This document shows positions 24,426 to 37,060 of a DNA stretch of 63,463 nucleotides, piece after piece (within the stretch, counting starts at the first letter, position 1; each line of letters opens with the position of its first letter). Source of the stretch: Negaprion brevirostris. Taxonomy: Eukaryota. The DNA lies in contig JARDVH010000073.1 in the NCBI GenBank assembly GCA_030324005.1, positions 54,447,745 to 54,511,207 of the forward strand. The letters run 5' to 3'. The position numbers and the translations under genes were made by a program. The notes under the pieces were generated by a model. The model worked only from the letters and a program-made list of their open reading frames with translations, was not told where the DNA came from and did no database searches.

Positions 24426-25299
24426 TCATTTAAAAATAAACTCCCTTTGTGGGTAAGTAATACAGAACAGTCATATCCAGCATCATATAAACCTGACAGA
24501 CAGGAAAAGACCAGTTAGTCCATGAAGCCAGATCCCATAGTTATGTTGGTGAGAGCATCAAGATTAAACACTTACTTTCTCTACCAGTGGAACTTAATGA
24601 AGGATACTGACAACTGTTATATAGAGGGTGGAGGTCATTGGAGAAATTTAAGTTATGAGATGATGAGGGACTCAGAGGCCAGGAAGTCTGTGTAGGTGGG
24701 ACTAAACAATCATTCTGATGGAAAAGAAAATGAGGGTCGAAAGTCAGCTGAATTGAGCAGGACAGATGTGTTTCTCTGAGTCTGGTCAAGCCTGAACAAA
24801 TGGCCAGGTGGACTGATGCAATATGTAGCAAGGGAGTGGAGTTTCCCAGGTGACCAAAGATGGTGGTTTTGCTCCTAACGTCCAGTTGTGTATGCAGAGC
24901 AAGTGTCCAGCAGCAAAGATGTGAAAACAATTGGTGCAGATGACTGGTGATATTATCAACAGACCCAAACAGCTGTCACATCATTCACATTTGTGGGGCC
25001 ATCTATTGACTCAGTAGATACTGGACCACTTCCAACGCTAGAGTCAGACATCGACTCCAGGCAAATAAAATCACCTGACCTCTTCTCTAACTGAATGACC
25101 GCTTAAACATAACTCACTTTAGGAAGTAGAAGGCACACACCATCTAAATAAATTAGGAGGACGCACTAGGGCAAACCACATGGAACTGTAGAAAATCAGG
25201 TATAAAAACAGTTTGGTTGACTGATGCTGGAATGTGTTGTGGCAGTTTTATTTTTCTGGAGCATGCTGAAGTTATTGGAGAAAAAAGTTATGTAGTACT

Positions 25300-25800
25300 G
25301 ATAAAGTTACAAAATATTAGCAGCACAGAAACATACCTTTCAGCCCCACAGGTTCATGGAGGTCTTTCTTCCACCCTACTTCATCAAACCTCATCAGCTT
25401 AGCCTTTCTCCCTTGTGTGCTTATTGAGCTTACTCTTGAATGTATCAACACTATTTACCGCAGCTGCTCCATGTGCCCACGAGTTTTATATTTTGTTCAT
25501 ACTTTTGGATAGAGAAATGTCCTGAATTCCCTGTTGTATTTTATTAGTGACCATCTTACATTTATGACCACAAGTTCAGTTCTTGCCCCCAAGTATAAAG
25601 GGTTCTATATCTACCCTTTCAAATCCTTTAGAACTCTATCAAGTGACTCTCCGTCTTCTCGAGAAAAGAGCACCAGCCAGTTCAGTCTTTCCTGGGAGGT
25701 ATAACTTTACTACTTTGTTTAGACTTTCTCCAGTGTCTGTATCTTTTTTTTAATACAGTATGAAGTCCAGAACTGTTCACAACACTCCCAAGTGTACAAA
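25300..25800 (-). mobile_element. Old CR1 3' fragment
   Basis: GAAAAGAGCACCAGCC..CCAGAACTGTTCACAACACTCCCAAG, the inverse of LEYCEQFW..GLFS. Confidence 0.65.
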
Positions 25801-26299
25801 ACTCTGTGTAACAGGGTTTGACAGAATGTTCAGCAAGCATGACCTTGAGCCCTGAGTAATGTGTTCTTTCCCAGTTGTCACAGTTCAGTTCAAGACTTGA
25901 GTAAGCGGATGAAAAATGTCTGGTGATGGGAAGTGGAAAAACTACAACTCAGCTTACAAGGGAAACAATGCTGTAGATAGCTGAAGAATGGAGATCACAT
26001 ACTTTAGCAATTGAGAGAAAGATGAAAGGAAAAGGCTGCGGGAGCAGTAACCTTAGGATAACAGCCATGTCAAGTGCTGTTCCTATTAAGGGAAGGCAGG
26101 TTCGGCAGATAACTTCAGGGGCTCAACACATGGGGGATAGTAAGAGCAGCATGCAAAATCTTGGCCCGCTGGCCCACTTCTTGGGAAAGGGAGTGCTTTT
26201 GTAAAGATGGCATTAATTTCAGTTGATCCAGTAAATTTAACAGTTGGGAAAGATTTAAAATGGATAAAAAGTGGAGGACAAATGGCAAGTGGAAGATGG

Positions 26300-27030
26300 T
26301 CATAGAATTTTAGAAAAATTACAGAACAGAGGGAGGCGATTCAGCTCATCGTGCCCATGGCTGATTTCTGAAGAGCAACTCCAATAGTCCCACTATAGTG
26401 TCCTAACCCAGTCGTCATGCAAATTATTTTTCTGCAGATAATTATCCAATTCTCTTTTGAAATCAATGACACTGCCTCACATGCTCTCAGGCAGTACATT
26501 CCAGATCTGAACCATTTGCTCTAAGTTTTATTTCTTCATGTTGCTTTTGTTCTTTTAATATTCACCTTAAGTCAGTATCCTCTGGTTCTTAACCCGCCCA
26601 CCAATGGGAATAATTTCTCCCTATCTACTCTAGCCAAACCCCTCGTGATTTTGAGCACTTCTATAAAATCTCTTCTCAACCTTTGCTTCTTCAAGGGGAA
26701 GAATCTCAGCTTTGCCAATCTATGCACTGAACCAAAGGCCCTGTTCCAAGAACTAGTCTTATAACTAATCTCCTAAACCTTTTCTGCAAACTCTCTAATG
26801 CCTTAAAATACTTCCTCAAATTGTGATGCCCAGAATTAGGCACACTATTCCAGTTCAGATTAAACCAGTGTTCTATAAAGGTTTGTCATAATTCCTAATT
26901 TCTATACTCTAAGCTTCTATGTATAAAGCCTACATGTCTTATTATCTGCTTTCTCAACCTATCCTCCACCTTTATTGATTTGTGCACATATATTCCCAGG
27001 CCCTTCTGCTCTTTACCTCCTTTAGAATAG
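26300..27030 (-). mobile_element. CR1 3' fragment
   Basis: Inverse tail CATAGAA..ACAGAACAGAGGGAGGCGATTCAGC and ORF2 end CCCAGAATTAGGCACACTATTCCAG. Confidence 0.75.
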
Positions 27031-28306
27031 TAGGAATTGTGGATCAATTAGGAAAGAGTCATGCAAGAAGACAAAGAATGAACTTAGGTATATTTATATG
27101 AGAGGCAGGCGCATTAGAATTAGATTTAACAAGCTACATGTGATAGTAAATAGGTCATACCTATTTAGGAATTGGTGGAGGCTAAGTAAGGGAAGGGGAT
27201 GAGGTAAACCTAGCTGTGTGGCAATGCGTGTTCAAGGGGAATAGAGAAAGAGTAATAGGGTGCCGCTACATATCAGGGGAATGTTTACATTTTGCTGCTG
27301 TGAGGGAGGAAGTGGACATAGCATTAAAGTTTCTTTGGATCTGGAAGAATAGAAGTAGGAAATCAAGATAGTGTTAACCATGTGTTCCAGCATTGACATA
27401 AGAGGTAAGAAAGATTCAGTTATTGTCATGGGTAATAATTAACTTTACCTTACAGTTGTGGTGATTAGATGTGTTTCCGGCGCCCCCCTTCCCCGACACA
27501 CATCCTCACGGGCATCCAGAGCCTCCATTTTTTTTTCTCTCTCAAAACAGACTGGTTCCTAATAAGATAGCTTATTGCTGCCTGGTTGGTCAAAATTTCA
27601 ATGGCCTGATTGGCCAGAATGCTCAGAATGGACAATCAGGCATGCTATTGAGGAAATCAGTGGGCTGTAGTCAGGGGAGAGCCGGAGGCCCATTAAGGAG
27701 TGCTACAGGCCAATGGGGAAGAGCGGGGGAGAGCAGTAGGTCAATGGAAGACAGCCAAATGTCAGTGGGCGAGATCAGGGCAGAAGAGCCAGAGATCAGT
27801 GGGGGAACAGTGGGGAAGAGCAGGAGGCTGGGGTAGGGGAAGAGCTGGAAGACAGTAGCAAAGTTGGAGGCCAGTGGGGGAGAGCCAGAGGTAATGGAGG
27901 GTATAGGAGGCACTGGGCTAAATTTATAGAAGGTAATGGGGACTATTTCACCCATGTGTCTTAATAGCTCTAGCTAGACAAATTACAGGAGATGTCACGA
28001 CATGGCTTCTGACCTTTAACTGACCCTCCTTTAGACTCCTATCATAAGTCACCCAAAATATCTAGCCAAGGCTTTTCTCTGTTTAACTTTTGAAAATATG
28101 ATCATCTTATTTCCAATGGGAACTGTCTGTGGCCTGAGGAAGTTTATTGAAGCTCAGTAGGTAAAGAAATCTATAAGGGGGAGGGAACCCATACACTAAT
28201 GGTCTTAAGCAATGAGCAGAGAATAGTGAGCCAAACAGACTTAGGGGCATCTGAGGGTTAGTAATCATTAACTCTGTGCCATGCTCTCCAATGGAGTAAT
28301 TAAGGA

Positions 28307-28620
28307 AACATAGAATCCCTCCAGTGCAGAAGGAGGCTATTCAGCCCATCGAGCCTGCACCGACAACAATCCCACCCAGGCCCTATCCCCTTTAATCCCA
28401 TATATTTACCCTGCTAATCCCCCTGATACTAAGGGGCAATTTACCAATCCATCTAACCTGCTCATCTTTGGAATGTGGGAGGAAACTGGAGCACCTGGAG
28501 GGAACCCACACAGATGCTAGGAGAATGTGCAAAATCCACACAGTCACTCATGGCTGGAATTGAACCTAGATTCCTGGAGCTGTGAGGCAGCAGTGCTAAC
28601 CATGTGCCACTATGCTGCCC
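28307..28620 (-). mobile_element. HE1-type V-SINE, full length
   Basis: Reverse complement of the 12523 element, from head (GGGCAGCATAGTGGCACA) to tail. Confidence 0.88.
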
Positions 28621-28624
28621 TAAA

Positions 28625-28840
28625 CATTCTTTCATGGAATTTGGCCATCACTGGCAACAGCAGTATTTGTTGCCCACCCCTAATTGCCCCTTGATGGCTT
28701 GATAGGGGCATTTTAGAGGGCAGTTAACAGTCAACCACATTGATGTGAGCCAGATAAGAATGGCAAATTTCCTTCCCTAAAGGGATAGTAGTGAACCAGG
28801 TGGGTTCTTCCAACAATCAATGATAGATTCGTAGTTGCTA
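28625..28840 (-). mobile_element. Short bipartite derivative of the tRNA-headed LINE
   Basis: Same structure as 50-300 and 55545-55830. Confidence 0.65.
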
Positions 28841-28864
28841 TTGAGATTAGCTTTTGAGATGCAA

Positions 28865-30468
28865 AGAGTGTTTAGGGACAGTCAGCATGGCTTTGTGAAT
28901 GGAAAATCATGTCTCACAAATTTGATTGAATTTTTTGAAGGGGTAACCAAGAAGGTAGATGAGGGCAGTGCAGTTGATGTTATCTACATGGACTTTAGCG
29001 AGGTCTTTGACAAGGTACTACATGGTAGATTGTTGCATAAGGTCAAATCTCATGGAATCTAAATGGATACAAAATTGGCTTGGTGACAGAAGCCAGAAGG
29101 TGATTATAGAGGGATATTTTTCAAACTGGAGGCCTGTGACCAGGAGTGTACCTCAGGGATCAGTGCTGGGTCCATTGTTATTTGTCACTTATATTAATAA
29201 TTTGAATAAGAATATAGGAGGCATGGTTGCTAATTCAGCAGATGATTTATCTGTAATTGCAATGGGATCTCAATCAATTGGGACAGTGGGCTGACAAATG
29301 GCTGATGGAGTTTAATTTAGATAAATGCGAGGTGATGCATTTTGGTAGATGGAACCAGGGCAGGACTTATTCAGTTAGTGGTAGGGTATTGGCGAGAGTT
29401 ACAGAACAAAGAGATCTAGTTCTGTGGATAGACTGATGTACTGGCCCAGAAAGAGCTGGCTAGAGATATGGAAATTGGTACATTTTAAAACTGATGATTG
29501 CTGTTAGTGTCATGCTTGTGGTGATGGTTGTCAGTGGCATAGCTTGTAGAAGTTAACATAACTTGTGTCTGCTTCACTGATGAACTATCCTCCCTCAATT
29601 GAGCACCACTTGGGGCATTTAGGGTGCCAAGGGCGCAGAATGTAGTTTGGATTTTTGGGGCACTCCAATATCTATCACATAGATAGGTTCATAGTCCTGG
29701 AAAATGGAGTCATAGGTGGACAGAGTGGTGAAGAAGGCATTAAGCATGCTTGGTTTCATTTGTCAGAACATTGAATACAGGAGTTGGAACGTCTTGTTGA
29801 AGTTGTGCAAGACATTGGTAAGGCCACACTTGNNNNNNNNNNNNNNNNNNNNNNNNNNNNNNNNNNNNNNNNNNNNNNNNNNNNNNNNNNNNNNNNNNNN
29901 NNNNNNNNNNNNNNNNNNNNNNNNNNNNNNNNCCAACCGTTATTTTGTAAATTGACTTTTGTGCCTTTATATACCCTATTTGTGAACTGAAATCCCACTC
30001 ACCTGATGAAGGGGCAGCACTCTGAAAGCGAGCGGCTTACGCTACCAAATAAACTATTGAACTTTAACCTGGTGTTGTGAGACTTCTTGATGACAGAAGC
30101 CAGAGTGTGGTTGTAGAGGGTTGTTTTTCAAACTGGAGGCCTGTGACAAGTGGTGTGCCTTAGGGATTGGTCCTGGGTCGGCTGTTATTTGTCACTTATG
30201 TTAATGATTTGGATGAGAATGTAGGAGGCATTGTTAATAAGTTTGCAGATGATCAAGATTGGTGACATAGTGGACAGTGAAGAAGGTTATCTCTGATTAC
30301 AACGGGATCTTGATCAGTTGGGCCAGTGGGCTGACGAATGGTAGATGGACTTTAATTTAGTTAATGCGAGGTGATACATTTTGGTAGATTGAACCAAGGC
30401 AGGACTTAGTTAATGGTAGAATGTTGGGGAGAGATACAAACAAAGAGATCTCGGGGTACATGTTCATA
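28865..30468 (+). mobile_element. CR1 reverse-transcriptase fragments (two overlapping copies, with interruptions and gaps)
   Basis: SQHGFVNGKSCLTNLIEFFE..VDVIYMDFSEVFDKV and [15 protein letters not shown]. The RT segment is repeated at 30095-30468. Confidence 0.88.
29933..30090 (+). mobile_element. Penelope-like 3' terminal repeat with mutated hammerhead
   Basis: UCAC-CUGAUGA-A-GGGG cagca CUCU-GAAA-GCGA (cleavage-site U lost), then AAATAAA..ACTTTAACCTGGTGTTGTGAGACTTCTT, as at 38685-38820. Confidence 0.7.
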
Positions 30469-30510
30469 NNNNNNNNNNNNNNNNNNNNNNNNNNNNNNNN
30501 NNNNNNNNNN

Positions 30511-31320
30511 ACACTTGATACCCCTGGACATTCAGCTCCCAGTCCCTGTCACCTTGCAGCCACGTCTCTGTAATGGCCACCAGATCAAGTCGATGACTAT
30601 CTTCTCCTTACTGACATTAAGGAAGAGATTATCATCGTTGCACCATTTCACCAGATTCTCTATCTCTTTCCTGTACTCCATCTTGTCATTGTTTGAGATC
30701 CGACTGATTACGATACTTGAAAATCGAGTTGGAGGGGAATTTGGCCACACAGTCATGAGTGCAAAAAGAGCATAGTAAGGGGCTGAGGACAAAGTCTTTT
30801 GGGGCACCAGTGTTGAGAATAATTGTGGAGGAGGTGTCGTTTCCTACCTTACTGATTGCAGTCAGTGGTTAGGAAGCCTAGGATCCAGTTGCCCCAGGAT
30901 CCAGCTGAGCCCCAGGCCATGGGTTTGGAGATGAGTTTTGTAGGAATAATGGAGTTGAAGGCTGAGCTGTAGTCAATGAATAGCATTTGATATTAGTATC
31001 TTTGTTACCCAGGTGTTCCAGGGTTGAGTGCAGGGCCAGGCTGATGGCATTTGCTGTGAACCTGTTGTGGCAATAGGCAGACTGGATGCAGGCAATCTGG
31101 GAGGCAAGAGTTGATGCATGCCGTGACTAATCTTTCGAAGCACTTCATAATGATGGATGTCAGAGCCACAGGGCGAAAGTCATTAAGGCATGCTGTCTGG
31201 CTTTTCTTTGGTACAGGGATGATGGTCATCTTCTTAAAATAGGACCTCATATTGGTGTAAAGAGAGGTTAAAGACCCAAATACCCCCACCAACTTGTCTG
31301 CGAAGGATTTGAGTGATACT
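30511..31320 (-). mobile_element. Rex1/Babar-clade LINE RT fragment
   Basis: FKKMTIIPVPKK..CLNDFRPVALTSIIMKCFERLV and EYRKEIENLVKWCNDDNLFLNVSK.KIVID. Confidence 0.85.
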
Positions 31321-32189
31321 TTCATGCTGTTTTCATCCAGTAGTAGTCCATCCTCGCTGATGTCCTTTGTCTTAAGGGAGACTTATTTTCTCTCTCCTGG
31401 GAAACAATTGGTACCCTCGTAAAATGTGGCTAATTCCACCAGTGAGGAATGCAACCAGTGACATTCAGGAGGTACAGAGCGAAATCCATATGACAACCAG
31501 AAATGCCAATCAGCTTATTGAAGATGTGCTTCAGGGTCTTTGTCAAATCTGGAGATGTCCATCAGTATGCAGCAGCCAGGATTTCCAGAATGGTTGCAGA
31601 GTGATGTACTCTGCACAGTGTTGTACAGCAGTAAGGTTTGGACTGTCAAAAGCAGCAAGATGCAGAGTACAGAGCATTTTTGGAGAAGGAGGAAGAGGAG
31701 TGTGATGCAGTCAGTGCATTAGCACCAACTAACAATTTGTCCTGCATAAATTACAGTTAAAAGAAGGGAGAGGCAATACTTTAGAAATGAGAATCTTTGC
31801 TCTCAATCTTCCACAAAACCAAAGTGTGGCAAGTAATTGAAAAAGTTGAAAAATCTCCCAACAGCGCTTCAATTGAGGAATTCGCCAAGATAATTTCTCA
31901 TTGTGCCTAGAATTATCCTTTAAAATGTCTTTTAGAATTTGTTTAATAATTAATGTTTTAAAAATGAAGCAATTGATCACTGCCTTTCTGTACCTGAGTT
32001 AAAGTAAAATAGAACATTTCCTCATGCTCAAAGAAGATTGGTCTCAGGGGTAGAATCGAATTACTAGATGCAGTTAAGTACTATATAGCTTTTCAGCTTG
32101 AACTATTGATTATTGTTTGATAGCTAGCACTGCTTACATTAGGTTCTTGTTACAGAGGAGTTGACAACTCCTAATGTCACAAGTCTGAT

Positions 32190-32650
32190 TATGAAAAGAA
32201 AGAGACTTGCATTGATGTAGCATGATGTGGCATCACGGGTATGGAGAGAAAGCGGGAGTGTGGCATTGAGATTGAGAATCAGCCATGATCATATTGAATG
32301 GTGGACCAGACTCGAAGGGCCAAATGGCCTACTCCTGCTCTTGGTTTCTTTAATTCTATGTCTATCACGACCTCCAGGGCACTTTTGAAATGCAGTCACT
32401 ATTATCGCATAGGGAAACATAACAGCCAATTTAAGTATATCAAGATCCACAAAAGCAATGAGCATAATGACCAGCAATATGTTCAGTGATATTGGTGGAG
32501 CAATATATATTGGCCAGGACGCAGGGCGAACTCCCATATTCTTCTTTGAATAGGGCCATGGGATTATTCCCATCTACCTGATGGGACAGACAGGGCTTCA
32601 GTTTAACTTACTATCTGAAAGACAGCACCTCCAACAGTGTTGTGCTCCCT
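32190..32650 (-). mobile_element. Deu-domain SINE with nested CR1 tail (about 32225-32365, +)
   Basis: The inverse Deu-SINE body is split by GCCATGATCATATTGAATGGTGG..GAAGGGCCAAATGGCCTACTCCTGCTC. Confidence 0.75.
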
Positions 32651-33014
32651 CATTTTGTTTATTTAGCTCACTCCCATCATGTTAAGCTATTTGGATTGTG
32701 CTTTCAGCACTCTAATGCTTTGGTTCTACTGTTGCCTCCTGAGTTAAAGTTGTGTGTTCATATCCTCAAGCACAAAATCTTGGCTGACATTCCAGTGCTG
32801 TACTGAGGAAGTACTTGCTGTCTGTTAGATGAGATGCTAAACCAAGACTGAAGTGTTTTGTCGCTTCTAAATAATTAAGAATACAAACTCACACACACAC
32901 ACGTGCATTTGCTTCTAAACTGAGTGTCCTATGAAAACCCAGAGTCTCTATTTCATTCTTTTCCCTTCAAAAAAAATACATTCAGGTTTTCAATTTTAGC
33001 ACACCATTAAAAAA

Positions 33015-33200
33015 ACATAGAATCCGTACAGTGCAGAAGGAGGCCCATTGACTCAGCATCAACTTTTTGAAGAGCATCTTATCTAGATCCAGTCCCTGCC
33101 CTACCCCTGTAACACCACGCATTAGCATGAAAATCCATCTAACCTCTGCATCTTTGGAATTTGGAGCACACATGGGAAGAACATAGTCACCCAAGACTGG
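33015..33200 (-). mobile_element. HE1 SINE 3' half
   Basis: CATAGAATCCGTACAGTGCAGAAGGAGGCCCATT..ATCTAACCTCTGCATCTTTGGAA. Confidence 0.7.
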
Positions 33201-33580
33201 CAGTCTTTTTAAATTTAGCATTCCTTTTTACTAAAATGTTCTTTTACAAAACCATAAACTTTAGACACAAACATCACAGAGACCTAGGGTCAAATTTTCC
33301 CATCCCATCCGGAAGCAGGTTTGACACGGAGATAGGGCAGATATATTAATGATCACTGAGCAATGTGGCCAAATGTTATACCTCCATTTCCAGAGCTGGC
33401 TATTTGCAGCAGGACAGGCCGTGGGTCATTAATAAATCTGCCCTGCCTCCATGTCAAACCTGCTTTCAGGTGGGAAAATGTGAACCTGGGTCTCTGTGAT
33501 GTTTTGCGTCTAAAGTTTATGCTTTTATAAAAGAACATTTTAGTTAAAAAGAAATGCTAAATTAGAAAAAAACTACCAGT
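33196..33580. repeat. Long inverted repeat (about 155-bp arms, about 70-bp spacer)
   Basis: The arm at 33196-33353 aligns by eye with the reverse complement of 33424-33580 along its whole length, with scattered substitutions and small indels. Confidence 0.92.
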
Positions 33581-33899
33581 AATTTCAATTCCAGACTCTC
33601 CCCTATGAAGGCTAATTAAAATTTCTAAGACTTTAATAAAAGGTCCAAATTCAAATGCAATAAAATTTTACAAGAAGGTGCCCAGGTGCTCTCAACCTGG
33701 AGAGGAAAGGTGTGAATGGTAACTGAAATGAGTGAGAAGGCAAGAAAACTTTGTTGAAATTCAAGAGGATGCTTTCAGCTGGCTGTATATCAATGGGTAG
33801 TAAAACCCCGGTTATTTCTAATAATTTATGATGCACACTCACAAATACATTGCACTCATTACACCACATTTACCTGCAGCAGGCCTATAAGTGGAAATA

Positions 33900-35794
33900 G
33901 ATAATGCTTACCCAATGAGAAGTCCAGTGTTGTTACACAAACTTCAAACACTGGATGTCAGGTTCCAGGAATGACAGACTCAATCGGAGAGCTTGTTCAA
34001 TGTTTGGTTTATCCTGCTATTTGGTCTTCAACGTGACAAGCCCTGAAAATCCAGTTTCACAAAGGTACTTTAGGGAAAGGGCATCAGAAACCTTACTACT
34101 TTCTGAGAAAAATCCAGCTTTAAAGCACTGTCACAGGACAGTTGCACAAAGCTGTCTTGCTCTCTCAACTTCAGGCTTGCGAGGGTGGCATCGTCAAGGC
34201 CCACAAAGGGATTTCGAATCCAGTTGAACTTTGTGTTGGAAACAGGAAAGTACTTGCGTAGCTGTGTTCTCAAACTTTGCAGGTGGTCTCTGAAATTATG
34301 TTTCACACTGTTTGGAAGCTGAATTTCTACCATGACAGATTTGCAAGTGAGTCATAATTTGACTACCTGAACTATTTTCGTGATCATCATTTCTATATTG
34401 TCCTGCACATGAAGAAATGCCACTGATTCTGCAATAAATTCACTGCCTAAGGTTAATTGCAGATTGGAAATTGCTGTTTGACTGCCTGGAGGTTGATAAT
34501 TTTGCATGGATTGATGCTGAACTTTGTTGGGCCCTTTCATCANNNNNNNNNNNNNNNNNNNNNNNNNNNNNNNNNNNNNNNNNNNNNNNNNNNNNNNNNN
34601 NNNNNNNNNNNNNNNNNNNNNNNNNNNNNNNNNNNNNNNNNNTGAACTTTGTTGGGCCCTGTCATCACCATCTGCAAACTCTGAGAAGTAATGAGTCAGT
34701 TAACCAGGTTTAGTTTCTGGAATTTGTTGACCAGAGCTCTTGGGAATTGTGGCTGCTCTGGCCAGTTCTGGACCTGTTTATAACTCTCTCTCTCTCTTTT
34801 GACTTTCAAACAGATTTTCCCATTCAATCTGCACCACTAGAAAATTGAGCAAGGAGTCTATGTTGTGTGGTTCATCATGTGCTTCATTTGTGTATTTACT
34901 TGAAGTGACTTCCTCCAACTGCAAGTCAGCAAATAATCTGTCATTTAACCCGACATTCCTGTTTACAATTTCCACATTTTGATCAGTGCTGAGGAAGTTG
35001 AGCTGTGTTGACTCATTGCTTACCTGCACATACTTGTTGCAGGTACTAGGCGCGAAGTCTATCTGCCTCTGCGAGTTGGTGGCCACTGATATTATCTTCA
35101 ACCATGCGCACTTCTTCATCATCAAAAGAGCTTTGCAGCTCTCACTTCTAATCTCCAACCATTTTGCCGATTTCAGAAACAATTTCATTGGTCAGGTCAG
35201 ATTTCTTGGTAGTTACATTCCCTGCACTGTGCAAAGTTCCACCAACAACACAACTCATCACATAACTGGCTGTCTGGCACTGCAGTGAAGCTCTGCACAC
35301 CTTTCATCCACTTATATATTCCTTTTGAATCACCTAATGTGGTTTCATTTCACTCACGTCCCTTAGACTCAGAGACAGTCAGCAGTGGCACTAAAGGCTG
35401 GCTTAGCGCTGTAGCCAGAGGAACCACTTCCATGTATGAGAACACAGAAGCAGGGCTTTGTAGCTTTCTTTGCAGAACCCGGTGAGATGTATGAATATGC
35501 AATGTCATGAGATCGGGGTACATTGACACTGCAGCACTTTTTGATGCTGAGCTCATTCTGGTATCTTTCATAATACTTATCGTATGTCTTAAGTTTGCAG
35601 TACAAGTCCTCTCTATTTGTTCTGAACTACTTCAGTGACTGAGCCTCTGTTTGTCACACAGCACTAAGTATGTTGAATACTTTTGTAACTTATTTTTCAC
35701 CTCAATTATGTTTAACTTGAAGTCTTCAAAAAAGTGTCTACTTTTTTTTTAACCCTATGGACTACTTGTAGCTCCCTCACTTTGGGAACCACTG
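33900..35794 (-). mobile_element. hAT (Charlie/Buster-like) transposon remnant
   Basis: 33915-34340 encodes HLQSLRTQLRKYFP..NWIRNPF..LSCDSALKLDF, then PFP..YLCETGFSGLVTLKTK..LRLSLS (hAT C-terminal dimerisation motif). A Charlie-type TIR CAGTGGTTCCCAAA ends at 35794. The middle section is unassigned. Confidence 0.65.
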
Positions 35795-36569
35795 CTCTGC
35801 ACCAAAGAGCCTGGAAAGCCTGACCCAAGGTGTCCAGGCTGATGTGATGATGCCAGGCCCCAGTGCACGAAAGAAAGTTGCAGGTAGTTGCACAGGCCAG
35901 TAAAAATAGAGTTATCTTAATCTTTAGGCATACAGGCTGCACTCTTGTCCTGCTCCTGTGGGTAAATCCTGGCCAAGGATCATAGCGTCTACCCCCATCT
36001 CAGCATTCCCTCGTAACAATGGCTATGTCTGAAGGGAGAGCAGAGGTTCTGTCAGCTTTCCAACCCTGGGGTTAGGCANNNNNNNNNNTGAATTAGTTGG
36101 ACTGGGAACCAGCCTAATGTCTGGCCAATTCAGAACTTGCATACCCTAGCTTCCCATCAATTGCAAACTTGGATATATTGTACTTATAGAATGTAAAACT
36201 GAGGGACATTACTTGTTGCTGCCTGCCAATATAACAATGTCTATCTTATCCCACCTTCACTTGCTACAACCAAATCAACTTCATGTCCACATCATCAAAT
36301 GAGGCAATTTCCTCACGCTGCAGTTACAGCCAGTAATCTGTGGCTTAGAATCTGACTACATATCTTTGAAAATTAATGCATTTGACATCCCATGTAAGAC
36401 TTTATAAATATTTACTGCTTGTGACTGTGAAAACCTGATCAGTATTTGAACATAATTGAAAATTTTTACAGGAACTGCATTCAGTAGTCGAGTTATGCTA
36501 AACTGATACAGATTCTGGTCAGGCTCGTTTAAGAGTACTATGCATGATTCTGTTCTCCATGCCATCAAA

Positions 36570-37060
36570 AGGGCATGGAAAGCACTGGAGAAAATGCAAA
36601 ATTTTATTTTATAAGTTTGGCATCAGAGCAGAGCAATTTACTAGGAAAGATTGAACAAGTTGAGGTTTTTTTAGAAGAGAGATTTTGAGGCAAGTGATCG
36701 AGGTTTTAAGTTGATGAAAGAGTTGGATAGGATAGATGTGGAGAGAATTGGTTGACTTGTGGAAGAATTCAAACCAGGGACCATAAATGTTGGATAGTCC
36801 CTGATGAATCCTGTAGGGAAAATTTATTTACTCAGGGAGTGATTAGAATGAGGAAGTCTGTACCACAGGAAGTGGTGGAGTTTAGATGCTTTCAAAAAGA
36901 AACTAGACGTGTACATGCGAAAAGAGAACAGAAATATATAATGAAAGGCTAAAATGAGACAGATGGAATAGGAGGAAACTTCTGAGGAGTATAAACCCCA
37001 GCACGGAATAGTTGTGCTGAATAGCCTGTTTCTGTGTTGTATATTCTGTGAAATTTAATT
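36570..37060 (+). mobile_element. Old CR1 3' fragment
   Basis: Decayed ALEK.Q..ERLNKL..FTQGVIRM and a CR1 3'UTR ending GCCTGTTTCTGTGTTGTATATTCTGTG. Confidence 0.65.

Noticed and set aside
31590-31690. Possible RTE-clade fragment (VLCTVLYSSKVWT)
   Set aside because: Too short and degenerate to call.
33683-33698. CAGGTGCTCTCAACCT as the second hAT TIR
   Set aside because: Only a partial match to the 35794 TIR, and the flanking 8-mers do not form a TSD.
34518-34667. 25-bp direct repeat flanking a 100-N gap
   Set aside because: Typical unmerged contig overlap (one mismatch). More likely an assembly artefact than a target-site duplication.
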